A DNA stretch of 41,501 bases from a virus: positions 1-41,501 of IMG/VR virus record IMGVR_UViG_3300033463_000341, one strand, 5' to 3'. The notes under the pieces were generated by a model that worked only from the letters and a program-made list of their open reading frames with translations, was not told the DNA's origin and did no database searches. The translations under genes and the position numbers were made by a program. Of the stretch, positions 16,087-23,747 are shown piece by piece (within the stretch, counting starts at the first letter, position 1; each line of letters begins with the position of its first letter).

Positions 16087-16641
16087 CTACCTCCTTCCTA
16101 TAAATACTCCATAAGTTATCCAAAAATGAAGTATTACAAAAGTTATGATAGTTAATGTCGCACTAAAGCCTCGTATAGTGACACTTTTTATAAATTTAAA
16201 ATCATGTTTATTCCAAAATTTATTGTAAAATTTTTCTATGTTATTAAGTTTTTCTTTAATAAATATTATAAATAAAATTAAAACAATATTAGCAATGATA
16301 ATAGTAATTATTTTAATTCCAAATAGTAAAATACATATCATATTTACTATTCCCATCAGCAAAAATGATATTATATATGTTATTAAATCTGTTATTCTTC
16401 CTTTTTTACCATACAAAACTTTTATATTTAAGTAAAATAAAATAATAAAAAGTAAGTCAGCATTAATGTTTAAATCAAATTTTGCTATGTTTTGGATTAT
16501 AAAATATTGCATTATTGTTAAAATAATAAAAATCATTCTTTTTTTACTTAATTTTTTGGTAAAAATAATAAATAAGCATAAATATATTGGCTGTAATATA
16601 CACCCTAAAATATTACCAAGTTGTAAAATTCCACTACTCAT
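16087..16641 (-). CDS. Polytopic membrane protein (about 6 TM helices)
   Basis: 184 aa, almost entirely hydrophobic helices separated by short Lys-rich loops. RBS AAGGTGAAAAAATG. Confidence 0.75.
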   Translation of the reverse strand: MSSGILQLGNILGCILQPIYLCLFIIFTKKLSKKRMIFIILTIMQYFIIQNIAKFDLNINADLLFIILFYLNIKVLYGKKGRITDLITYIISFLLMGIVNMICILLFGIKIITIIIANIVLILFIIFIKEKLNNIEKFYNKFWNKHDFKFIKSVTIRGFSATLTIITFVILHFWITYGVFIGRR

Positions 16642-16650
16642 TTTTTCACC

Positions 16651-16998
16651 TTATTTTTTTAATATGTCAGTTTTTATAACTTTCCATGTTTCTATTTTTT
16701 TGGCAAGTTTATGAATGTAATCATCTCCACCAAGTTTTTCATATATTTTTAATAAATTTAACCAGCCTTTATAAATGTAATCAGGTATTTGCCCTATCTC
16801 ACTATAAACAAAGAAAGTATTTGTTAAATTGCTTTGTAATAGCATTAACAAAGCCATATTTTGAACTTTTTCATTTTCTTCTTTGCTTTCTATTGTTTTT
16901 TTATATTCTTTGGCTTTTCCAGATAAGTAACCAAATAATCCAGTTGTAACCATTCCAACAATTGTTAAAATAGTCTTTAAAATAATTTCCTTTGCCAT
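16651..16998 (-). CDS. Single-pass membrane-anchored protein (115 aa)
   Basis: The start at 16998 (MAKEIILKTILTIVGMVTTGLFGYL) has GAAAGG upstream. The track's 21-codon extension would begin upstream of the TGATATAAT promoter. Confidence 0.6.
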   Translation of the reverse strand: MAKEIILKTILTIVGMVTTGLFGYLSGKAKEYKKTIESKEENEKVQNMALLMLLQSNLTNTFFVYSEIGQIPDYIYKGWLNLLKIYEKLGGDDYIHKLAKKIETWKVIKTDILKK

Positions 16999-17032
16999 AA
17001 TAATTACCTTTCCATTACCCTTACTGATTTTA

Positions 17033-17041
17033 ATTATATCA
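17033..17041 (-). promoter_or_regulatory. Extended -10 promoter motif TGATATAAT (class II)
   Basis: The minus strand reads TTATTTTAATGATATAATTAAAA, 35 nt upstream of the ATG at 16998. Confidence 0.4.
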
Positions 17042-17081
17042 TTAAAATAAAAAAAAGACAAGTTGTGCCTTTTTTATATGA

Positions 17082-17486
17082 TTATTTCATTATATTTTCT
17101 ATTTTTTGCCATTCTTCTTCACTAATAATGCCTCTATCATATTTTTCTTGTAAGTTATAATAACATTGTTTTAGGTATCTATTGTTGTGTTCAAAATAAA
17201 TTGGATTTGTATATTTTGCATAATTATCAAAATCTTCTTCACAAAACTCTAATATTTCATCATAATATTTATTTTGATGTTTTATTCCTCTAATAGTCAT
17301 TTGAGTATCAATTTTAGAAACATAATTCATAAAATATTCTTTACTGTATTTCATAACATAACTAACTAACCTATGTTTCAATGTGCCTTTCTCCCATTGT
17401 CTTTTAATAGCAATGCACTCACGCCATTGACTTACCAACATATCTTTTGGTAATACTGGAATTAATTTATAATGCCACAATCTCAT
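17082..17486 (-). CDS. TIGR02328-type protein related to pyrimidine-dimer DNA glycosylases (T4 DenV-like)
   Basis: The N-terminus MRLWHYKLIPVLPKDMLVSQWRECIAIKRQW matches the MRLWH..LI..LP...L..Q.REC signature as I remember it. 134 aa. Confidence 0.5.
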   Translation of the reverse strand: MRLWHYKLIPVLPKDMLVSQWRECIAIKRQWEKGTLKHRLVSYVMKYSKEYFMNYVSKIDTQMTIRGIKHQNKYYDEILEFCEEDFDNYAKYTNPIYFEHNNRYLKQCYYNLQEKYDRGIISEEEWQKIENIMK

Positions 17487-17498
17487 ATTTTATTCCTC

Positions 17499-17846
17499 CT
17501 AATTATTCTCAATAATAACCCATGGTTCTTTTTTGCCACTTGCTAACCAACCTGTTTGACCTTCATCATATATAACTTTATACCAGTTATAACTATTACC
17601 TTCGTGATATTCAACAGCCTTATATTGTTCACCTTTGTACACTTTTTTAATTACATCACTATCCAAATCAATTTCAGGTCTTAAATTAATAAACTCATTG
17701 TCAATTGTTATAGTATATATAACTTGATTTTCAAGTTTTTTAGCCTTTCTTTTTAAATCATTAGCGTAACTTACACGCCCAATTAAAGCACCAATAAATA
17801 ATGCAATTACTATGAAGCCAAACATTCTTAATTTTTCATTTTTCAT
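17499..17846 (-). CDS. Membrane-anchored bacterial SH3-domain protein
   Basis: N-terminal TM helix (FGFIVIALFIGALIG). The C-terminus YKGEQYKAVEYHEGNSYNWYKVIYDEGQTGWLASG is SH3b-like. Confidence 0.65.
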   Translation of the reverse strand: MKNEKLRMFGFIVIALFIGALIGRVSYANDLKRKAKKLENQVIYTITIDNEFINLRPEIDLDSDVIKKVYKGEQYKAVEYHEGNSYNWYKVIYDEGQTGWLASGKKEPWVIIENN

Positions 17847-17869
17847 TATTTTCTCCTCCTTCTATATAC

Positions 17870-17898
17870 ATATTAGCACTTTATAAAAAATATGTCAA
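17870..17898 (-). promoter_or_regulatory. Sigma-A-type promoter (class I): TTGACA-N17-TAATAT
   Basis: The minus strand reads AAAAAAGTATTGACA TATTTTTTATAAAGTGC TAATAT, about 25 nt upstream of the RBS of 17499..17846. It has the same A-tract/-35 context as the early promoters. Confidence 0.6.
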
Positions 17899-17935
17899 TA
17901 CTTTTTTAATACTTTTTTAATATTTAATATAAAAA

Positions 17936-17963
17936 TACAAAAAAAGAAGCGTGGTGGCGCTTC
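17936..17963 (-). terminator. Strong intrinsic terminator of the ncRNA unit
   Basis: The minus strand reads GAAGCG-CCACCA-CGCTTC followed by TTTTTTTGTATTTTT. Confidence 0.8.
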
Positions 17964-18403
17964 AAAAGGTTTTACATTAGTGCCTATTTTATAAGCACTG
18001 GACTAATGATATATTTACACATTTTAGGCTCGCTAGCCTCCCTACTTTTAGAACCTCTAAACAAGATACACTCTCGAGATAGACCTTATTCTCTTTTCTA
18101 AAGTATTGTAAATAGGTCGATTATTTATATCATCAGTACACTACCTATAAAAGATAGTGCTATATGTAGTTAGCGTCTACATATACACAAAAAAACGATA
18201 TAGACAACCCCTGTAAACTATATCTAAACAGGAGATTGAATAGTGCCTATTATAAGCACCACATAGAATAGATAAAAGATACGAACCATAGGGTTTAAGC
18301 CTACGCCTTTTCTATCAGTTGAGTTTAAATCAACTTGCATTATCTACTCTATGTGCTACCTACAATGGTAACACTCGAAAATGCAATTAGTTTTCGCTAA
18401 TGC
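17936..18403 (-). ncRNA. Candidate large structured non-coding RNA (~470 nt), class unknown
   Basis: ORF-free stretch, relatively G+C-rich, bounded by its own promoter and terminator. Many helices are readable by eye, including a 16-bp long-range stem and an H-type pseudoknot. G-U pairs occur only in the minus-strand reading. Confidence 0.6.
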
Positions 18404-18409
18404 AATTAT

Positions 18410-18418
18410 ATTATATCA
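18410..18418 (-). promoter_or_regulatory. Extended -10 promoter motif TGTGATATAAT (class II) for the ncRNA
   Basis: The minus strand reads GATGTGATATAATATAAT. The motif overlaps the TGA stop of 18416..19636. Confidence 0.5.
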
Positions 18419-19636
18419 CATCAATTTACTTTTTGCAACTTTTTTATATCCACTAACTTTCATTCTTTGTGCTTTAGTAGGTAAACCACTTATTTCACTT
18501 AATTGTTTATACTTATTTGTAAGAATTCTTATATTTTCTTGTGACTTTGCTATAAGTGGCTTATTATCACTTGCTTTGGCAAGTATTTGAATATCTTTTT
18601 GTTCTCTAACGGCACGTTCAATATTTCTTTGCATTTGTGTGCCTTCATAATTAGTATAGTGTTGTCCTTCAAATTCAAAACCATCATCATTTTTTTTAAT
18701 TATTTCTTTAAGTTCTTTATCTGTATATTCAGGTTCACTAACACCTAACACAATGCTAAATATGTAGTGATAACAATTCATTTCACTAATAGGACGATAG
18801 CCATTTTTATGGTCATGGTCTAAAGTATAAGTGTTGCCCTTATAGTCTTTTGCCTCAAGCCCACTATTTAACTTTTTATATTCTTCTATGCTAAATTGTC
18901 TACCTTGTACTTTTTCGTGGTCAATAGCCGGATTAGAGTGAACAGATATTTCATAACCATCAGCACCTATTTCTTCGCCAATAATTTTTTGATTTTCGTT
19001 ATGTAATTCCCTCAAATCACTTTTAAGTTCCATTCTAATAGCACTATCTAATCGCATACTTCTACCACTAGCGTAGTTTATAGTCCTTAAACCACTTCCA
19101 CCGACTTGTTTTAATATACCACTCATAGCTTGGTCAAATGTTTCTTTACCTTGCCCTACATTTAATAATGCAGTATCTAGCAATTCATTGTAAACATCTC
19201 TTAACCCCATAAATTTGCCATTTATAGTATAACCAAGCACATTTGAACGTGTAAAATCATACATTTTATTTTTAACTATATTAGACAATGCCATAGTTTG
19301 CGTTTTTAATGCCATATTTTGCTCGAAAGGTGTAAAAGGTATATCTTTATACTTGTAGAACTTTTCGTAGAATAATTGGTCATTTTTTGCATAATTATAG
19401 AATATATTATCTATATCAGCAATGTCTAAATTAGTATATTTGGCAATTTGTTTAACTATATCTTCGTATTTGCCACCATATTTAAGTATTTGTGCCAGTT
19501 GTTGAGCTTGGCTTGGCGTTAATTCACTTATTTTTTTAATAGAAGAACCAATACTTTCTAAAAACGTGGTATTGGCTTGTTCTATTCTATCAATTAATCT
19601 TTCAATAACTTGTTCTATTTGATTTTCAGTTATCAT
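18416..19636 (-). CDS. Head morphogenesis / minor capsid protein (SPP1 gp7 / Mu F-like)
   Basis: 406 aa, immediately after the portal gene. Size and position are typical of MuF-like proteins. Confidence 0.7.
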   Translation of the reverse strand: MITENQIEQVIERLIDRIEQANTTFLESIGSSIKKISELTPSQAQQLAQILKYGGKYEDIVKQIAKYTNLDIADIDNIFYNYAKNDQLFYEKFYKYKDIPFTPFEQNMALKTQTMALSNIVKNKMYDFTRSNVLGYTINGKFMGLRDVYNELLDTALLNVGQGKETFDQAMSGILKQVGGSGLRTINYASGRSMRLDSAIRMELKSDLRELHNENQKIIGEEIGADGYEISVHSNPAIDHEKVQGRQFSIEEYKKLNSGLEAKDYKGNTYTLDHDHKNGYRPISEMNCYHYIFSIVLGVSEPEYTDKELKEIIKKNDDGFEFEGQHYTNYEGTQMQRNIERAVREQKDIQILAKASDNKPLIAKSQENIRILTNKYKQLSEISGLPTKAQRMKVSGYKKVAKSKLM

Positions 19637-19649
19637 AGGTTATCACCTA

Positions 19650-21113
19650 CTATTCTTCGTTTTTGTTTCCAAACATATCTTTATATTGCGGATTATCATT
19701 GTTTGCCATTTCTATTTCTTTTTTGGCTTGTTCTTCTGTCATTCCTCTTGCTTTCATTAAATAAGTAACTTTACTCATTAATCCTGCTTGAAAATCTTGC
19801 CTATATTGTTCTTGTAATGTTTCGTCATCTACCAAGAAGCCATCTTTATTAGTTAATGCTATTTTATCGTTTTCATCAGTACCAGCATTAAATAATATTC
19901 TACCTAATAACAATATTGCCCTAGCAATTCCAACAGTATAATCATTTAATGCACCACGATGCTTTTTGGCATTAGAAACCAAGTCTTGATTTTCACCAAT
20001 ATATTGAGTTGCAGTTACAACAGCACCATTTTCAAATTTATATCTTGATTTACCTAAACCAATTTCAAATGAGAAAAGGTTTAGTGCAAGGTTAATATTT
20101 TTTTCATTATCATCAACTCTTAAGTTTGGATTATACTCGTGAATTAAAGTATCTTCATTTGCACTGTCTAAATCACCTTCCAAAACTTGGAATTGTTGTT
20201 TTGTAATATCATCAGGATAAACTGGTATTTCTTGAGTAATTGTTTCACCTGTATTTTCATCAGTTATTGTTTTTGTATTATATTTAACAAGTGATTTATT
20301 ATAAAATACTTTTTTGCCTCCTAAAACTGTGTCCATAACATAATTATGATATGCTATATCAGTTCCCATTAACTGGTCTATTGCATTGGCATAAACACTA
20401 ATTCCGAGACCGTTATTATTTTCTAAATTATTAACAATTTTTGGACTTAACAAATAAAACAAAGGTATATTTGAATGTGTATGATATTCAGGAATAATTC
20501 CGTCCTTTTTTGTTTCGTTGCCATCTTCGTCAATATATACGTTTTTTATTGTATATCCATCTTCTTTTAAAAGGTGGATTTCAATATAATAAGTATTTTT
20601 GTTTTCTTTGGTTGTTTTAGATACAAATGCAATATCTATAATTTCGCCATCTTCAATTCTTAATGGAATAATTTTATCAGCAGTTACATTTATTAGTTTT
20701 ATTTTTGTTTTTTCATCGGCTTTTAATTCCTTATTTTCTAAAATAGCATTTTTAACTCTTACAATAGTTCCTAAAGTACCGCTCCAAAAAGAATTTTCAA
20801 TATTTTCAGGGATAACCTCGTCAAATTTTAAATCGCTTAATTGTTTATCAAGATATTCTTGGTTTTTATCGTTATCACAAGTCATACTATCTTTTTCTGT
20901 GTAAAGAATACTAGCCCAATCTTCACAACCATGTTTAGCCATTCCTAGCTTAAACATTTCCCTTTTATCGCCATTTTGGTCATGATATTCATGAAATTTT
21001 TTTACACTATTCTGCCACCATTCTTTCCAATATGAAATATTTGAATAGTAATCAATTTGTGGATTATATCCTAATTTTTTTAAATATTTAATAACAACAC
21101 TATTTTCATTCAT
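19650..21113 (-). CDS. Portal protein (SPP1 gp6-like)
   Basis: 487 aa. The N-terminal region ...FHEYHDQNGDKREMFKLGMAKHGCEDWASILYTEK... resembles SPP1-type portals. Lies between TerL and the MuF-like gene. Confidence 0.85.
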   Translation of the reverse strand: MNENSVVIKYLKKLGYNPQIDYYSNISYWKEWWQNSVKKFHEYHDQNGDKREMFKLGMAKHGCEDWASILYTEKDSMTCDNDKNQEYLDKQLSDLKFDEVIPENIENSFWSGTLGTIVRVKNAILENKELKADEKTKIKLINVTADKIIPLRIEDGEIIDIAFVSKTTKENKNTYYIEIHLLKEDGYTIKNVYIDEDGNETKKDGIIPEYHTHSNIPLFYLLSPKIVNNLENNNGLGISVYANAIDQLMGTDIAYHNYVMDTVLGGKKVFYNKSLVKYNTKTITDENTGETITQEIPVYPDDITKQQFQVLEGDLDSANEDTLIHEYNPNLRVDDNEKNINLALNLFSFEIGLGKSRYKFENGAVVTATQYIGENQDLVSNAKKHRGALNDYTVGIARAILLLGRILFNAGTDENDKIALTNKDGFLVDDETLQEQYRQDFQAGLMSKVTYLMKARGMTEEQAKKEIEMANNDNPQYKDMFGNKNEE

Positions 21114-21336
21114 TTGCCTTTACCTCCTTTTCAACATAAGCTAATTCATAAAACTTACCATCTATTTCAGTTATAGTTTTTTCATCGTCTTTAGTATAAT
21201 CTAAAATGACATTATATTCGTTTTTACATATCACATCATTATCTTTTTGAATTATTGCTAATATTTCTCCAGTGTCAGCATTAACAATTTTAATTGCTTT
21301 CAATTCTTTATCTTTAAACATTTTAATTCCCTCCAT
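21106..21336 (-). CDS. Hypothetical protein (76 aa)
   Basis: ORF between TerL and portal, overlapping both neighbours by a few nt. Confidence 0.6.
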   Translation of the reverse strand: MEGIKMFKDKELKAIKIVNADTGEILAIIQKDNDVICKNEYNVILDYTKDDEKTITEIDGKFYELAYVEKEVKANE

Positions 21337-22648
21337 TTATTAATTTTAATAATTGTTTATACCAATTTTCAACTCCATAATTAAACCCATCTATACTATC
21401 TATATCACTTGTTCCATCATCTAGCCATCTATCATCATCAGCTTCAGGGTCTTGTACGGCTTCTTGCAATGCTTCTACAACGGTTTGAGTATCTCCTTCA
21501 ACAAATCTTAATTTACCAACCATAAGAAGCATATTAATAGCATAAATACGGCTTGATATTGGTGTTTTTAAACTATCTTTAATTGGTATGTGCAAATGTA
21601 ACTCATCAAGTACCTCTTGTAATGCACTAATAAGTATTTGTTCAGCACAGTCTGCCCATATTATATCTATTTTACCATATTTATTTAAAACAAATAAAAT
21701 GTGCTTTTTAAAAGCTTCCTTTAATTGCTTTAATTTTGTATGTATATCATCTACTACTTCAGTTCTGTCACTTCTTAATACATCTATGCCATAATAAGAA
21801 CGTGGTATAGAAGACGTCACAAATGAGTGAGCCGAACCATTTCCACCAAAATCTATTCCTGTTGAAATATACCCTATATTTGGTGTAGTAGTATAAAACT
21901 TTTTTTCGTTTTCTATTATTGGCATAAATAAGAAGCTTTCACTTGCTACTCGTTTACCTAGTATATCTCTTTTATACCATATAGAATTCTTATCATAAGT
22001 TGATAATATTTTTTTTAACTTATCATTGCTTATTGATAGATTATCAAAAATATTAAATTCACAATAATTAAATCCATAATCAGGATTGTTTTTTTGCTGT
22101 TCTTCGTGAAATTTCAAATAATCTTCATAATACCAATGTTTTGGTGATTTAGGGTTCAAATCGTGAAATATTTTTCTGTCATCACTAGAAATGGTTCTAT
22201 CTTCGACTTCTTTTAAAAAGTCTGGGTGGCATTCATTGGCTTCGGTTACATAAGCCATACCATAAGTGTTACCTTTAATTGTTTTATAAGAGTTAGCTTT
22301 ACCACCACCACTTATTAACAAAACCTTTTGACCTGTTGCTGTGTCAACATATAAGCATTCACGATTTTTATATTTGCCTTCATGACATCTACCTGAAAAA
22401 TAATTCAATATACCATAACCATCACAATCAAGTATATTTAATTTTGCAGAAGATGTATCATAACCAGCTATTAAATGCAATTTGTTAGGGTGGTTCTCTA
22501 ACGCTATGCAAAAGGCTAATCCGTTTGTTACGTTCTTACCACCACGTTTTCCACCGTGAGCGATGTTAAGCCAGCTTGTTTGACATTTGTTAATATATTC
22601 AGCTTGTTTTAAGCAAAAATCAGCATACTCATTGTACATCTTCTTCAC
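21323..22648 (-). CDS. terL: Terminase large subunit
   Basis: 441 aa. Walker A-like HGGKRGGKN near the N-terminus and an acidic nuclease-type C-terminal half (WLDDGTSDIDSIDG). Lies between TerS and portal. Confidence 0.85.
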   Translation of the reverse strand: MKKMYNEYADFCLKQAEYINKCQTSWLNIAHGGKRGGKNVTNGLAFCIALENHPNKLHLIAGYDTSSAKLNILDCDGYGILNYFSGRCHEGKYKNRECLYVDTATGQKVLLISGGGKANSYKTIKGNTYGMAYVTEANECHPDFLKEVEDRTISSDDRKIFHDLNPKSPKHWYYEDYLKFHEEQQKNNPDYGFNYCEFNIFDNLSISNDKLKKILSTYDKNSIWYKRDILGKRVASESFLFMPIIENEKKFYTTTPNIGYISTGIDFGGNGSAHSFVTSSIPRSYYGIDVLRSDRTEVVDDIHTKLKQLKEAFKKHILFVLNKYGKIDIIWADCAEQILISALQEVLDELHLHIPIKDSLKTPISSRIYAINMLLMVGKLRFVEGDTQTVVEALQEAVQDPEADDDRWLDDGTSDIDSIDGFNYGVENWYKQLLKLINGGN

Positions 22649-23138
22649 TCCTATTTGGTTTAGGATTATTTAATAAATTAGCAATATTTTGTATTTGATT
22701 ATTTGTTTCACTACTTACATTTGAATATTCAACCTTGTCTCGCCATTGTTCTTTCTTTCGGTTCTTTAACCAAAATATTTGCGCCGTAGTATCAGCAGGA
22801 ATATGAGTTTCTTCATATCCATCGACAAGTTCTTCATATTCTTTTATCTTTTTACCATCTGCACTATATTCGGTTCTTTTTAACTTAAAAGTTTTTTTCA
22901 GTAAAGTGTTATAGCCAAGACATTTTTTATATAAAGCATTTTCTACTTCATAATCGGCAACTTCTTTGCCTTTTTTTATCATGTTCGCTATGTTCGGCTC
23001 TTTTTGTTCCCATTCAAATAAAGTGGTTCTCCCAATTCCTATGTTATGAGCTATTTGTTCCTTTGTTAAGCCATCTCTAGCCCAGCCTTCAAGTAATATA
23101 AGCTTTTCAGGTTCTAACCATTCATCTATTCTTGCCAC
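22629..23138 (-). CDS. terS: Terminase small subunit
   Basis: 169 aa. The N-terminal HTH (LTKEQIAHNIGIGRTTLFEWEQ) is typical of small terminases. Overlaps the TerL start. Confidence 0.75.
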   Translation of the reverse strand: MARIDEWLEPEKLILLEGWARDGLTKEQIAHNIGIGRTTLFEWEQKEPNIANMIKKGKEVADYEVENALYKKCLGYNTLLKKTFKLKRTEYSADGKKIKEYEELVDGYEETHIPADTTAQIFWLKNRKKEQWRDKVEYSNVSSETNNQIQNIANLLNNPKPNRSEEDVQ

Positions 23139-23143
23139 TTATA

Positions 23144-23269
23144 TCACCTACTTCTTTTCTTTTTAGAAATAGCAATTGCTCTACCTTGTTTAACAGCTTT
23201 GGCACGAGATTTATAAATTTTGCCAGTTTTACCATATTTGTATCCACCTTTAACTTTTTTAACAGGCAT
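23144..23269 (-). CDS. Small lysine-rich basic protein (41 aa, found by hand)
   Basis: MPVKKVKGGYKYGKTGKIYKSRAKAVKQGRAIAISKKKRSR. RBS AGGTGATTGTATG. Directly upstream of TerS. Confidence 0.5.
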   Translation of the reverse strand: MPVKKVKGGYKYGKTGKIYKSRAKAVKQGRAIAISKKKRSR

Positions 23270-23333
23270 ACAATCACCTACTTTCCTTTAATTCAATATA
23301 AATTATACCATTAAAAGTGTTTTTTGTCTATTT

Positions 23334-23594
23334 TCAGTTTTTTCTTCTATCAGCCATTCCTTTTAAAACATAGTAATATTCAAAGTGGTTCATGTAATTC
23401 CATATTTTGTCTTTTTCATATTCTTCAATATTCAAAGCATAAAATGAGTTGCGCACATTTCTTTTAAATTCAACTAGTCTTGGAAGTTCAAGATAATAAA
23501 AAGACGATAAGATACCCTCATATTGTTCTCTTAACGTCTTCAAATGTGCAACAGTTTCTTTAAAAGTCCAGCTTGGATTAATTTCTAAATTCAT
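23334..23594 (-). CDS. Hypothetical protein (86 aa)
   Basis: ORF with RBS AAGGTAGGGG, downstream of a class II promoter copy. Confidence 0.65.
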   Translation of the reverse strand: MNLEINPSWTFKETVAHLKTLREQYEGILSSFYYLELPRLVEFKRNVRNSFYALNIEEYEKDKIWNYMNHFEYYYVLKGMADRRKN

Positions 23595-23619
23595 AGTACC
23601 CCTACCTTTTTACAATATA

Positions 23620-23628
23620 ATTATATCA
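23620..23628 (-). promoter_or_regulatory. Extended -10 promoter motif TGATATAAT (class II)
   Basis: Part of the 16-bp direct repeat TATGATATAATTATAT (23615-23630), which recurs at 23734-23749. Confidence 0.45.
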
Positions 23629-23649
23629 TAGTACGACTATAAAATCAAG

Positions 23650-23732
23650 AAAAAAAGAACGAGGAGGTATTAATGAAAGAACTCGTTCCTTTTCTAAAGA
23701 ATAAAAAGGGGTTTGTGACATATTCATATCAC
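23650..23732 (-). ncRNA. Candidate ~80-nt small RNA between two class II promoter copies
   Basis: Promoter at 23739-23747. 5' hairpin GUGAUAU-GAAU-AUGUCAC (23715-23732, one G-U pair). C-rich ACCCC and CCUCCUC stretches. 3' hairpin GAACGAG/CUCGUUC (23657-23688) followed by U7. Confidence 0.35.
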
Positions 23733-23738
23733 GATATA

Positions 23739-23747
23739 ATTATATCA
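23739..23747 (-). promoter_or_regulatory. Extended -10 promoter motif TGATATAAT (class II)
   Basis: The minus strand reads ACTTATGATATAATTATAT, downstream of the stop at 23775. Confidence 0.45.

Noticed and set aside
18280-18305. tRNA-like T-arm (minus strand CCTATGGTTCGTATC resembles GGTTCGAATCC)
   Set aside because: No acceptor stem, D-arm or anticodon arm can be drawn around it. It pairs instead as part of a hairpin inside the larger ncRNA fold.
17847-18415. Group I/II intron or split gene as an explanation for the 570-bp non-coding gap
   Set aside because: The flanking ORFs are complete, with their own stop, RBS and start, and are unrelated. The region has its own promoter and terminator. 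No intron-encoded ORF or exon-junction logic is apparent.
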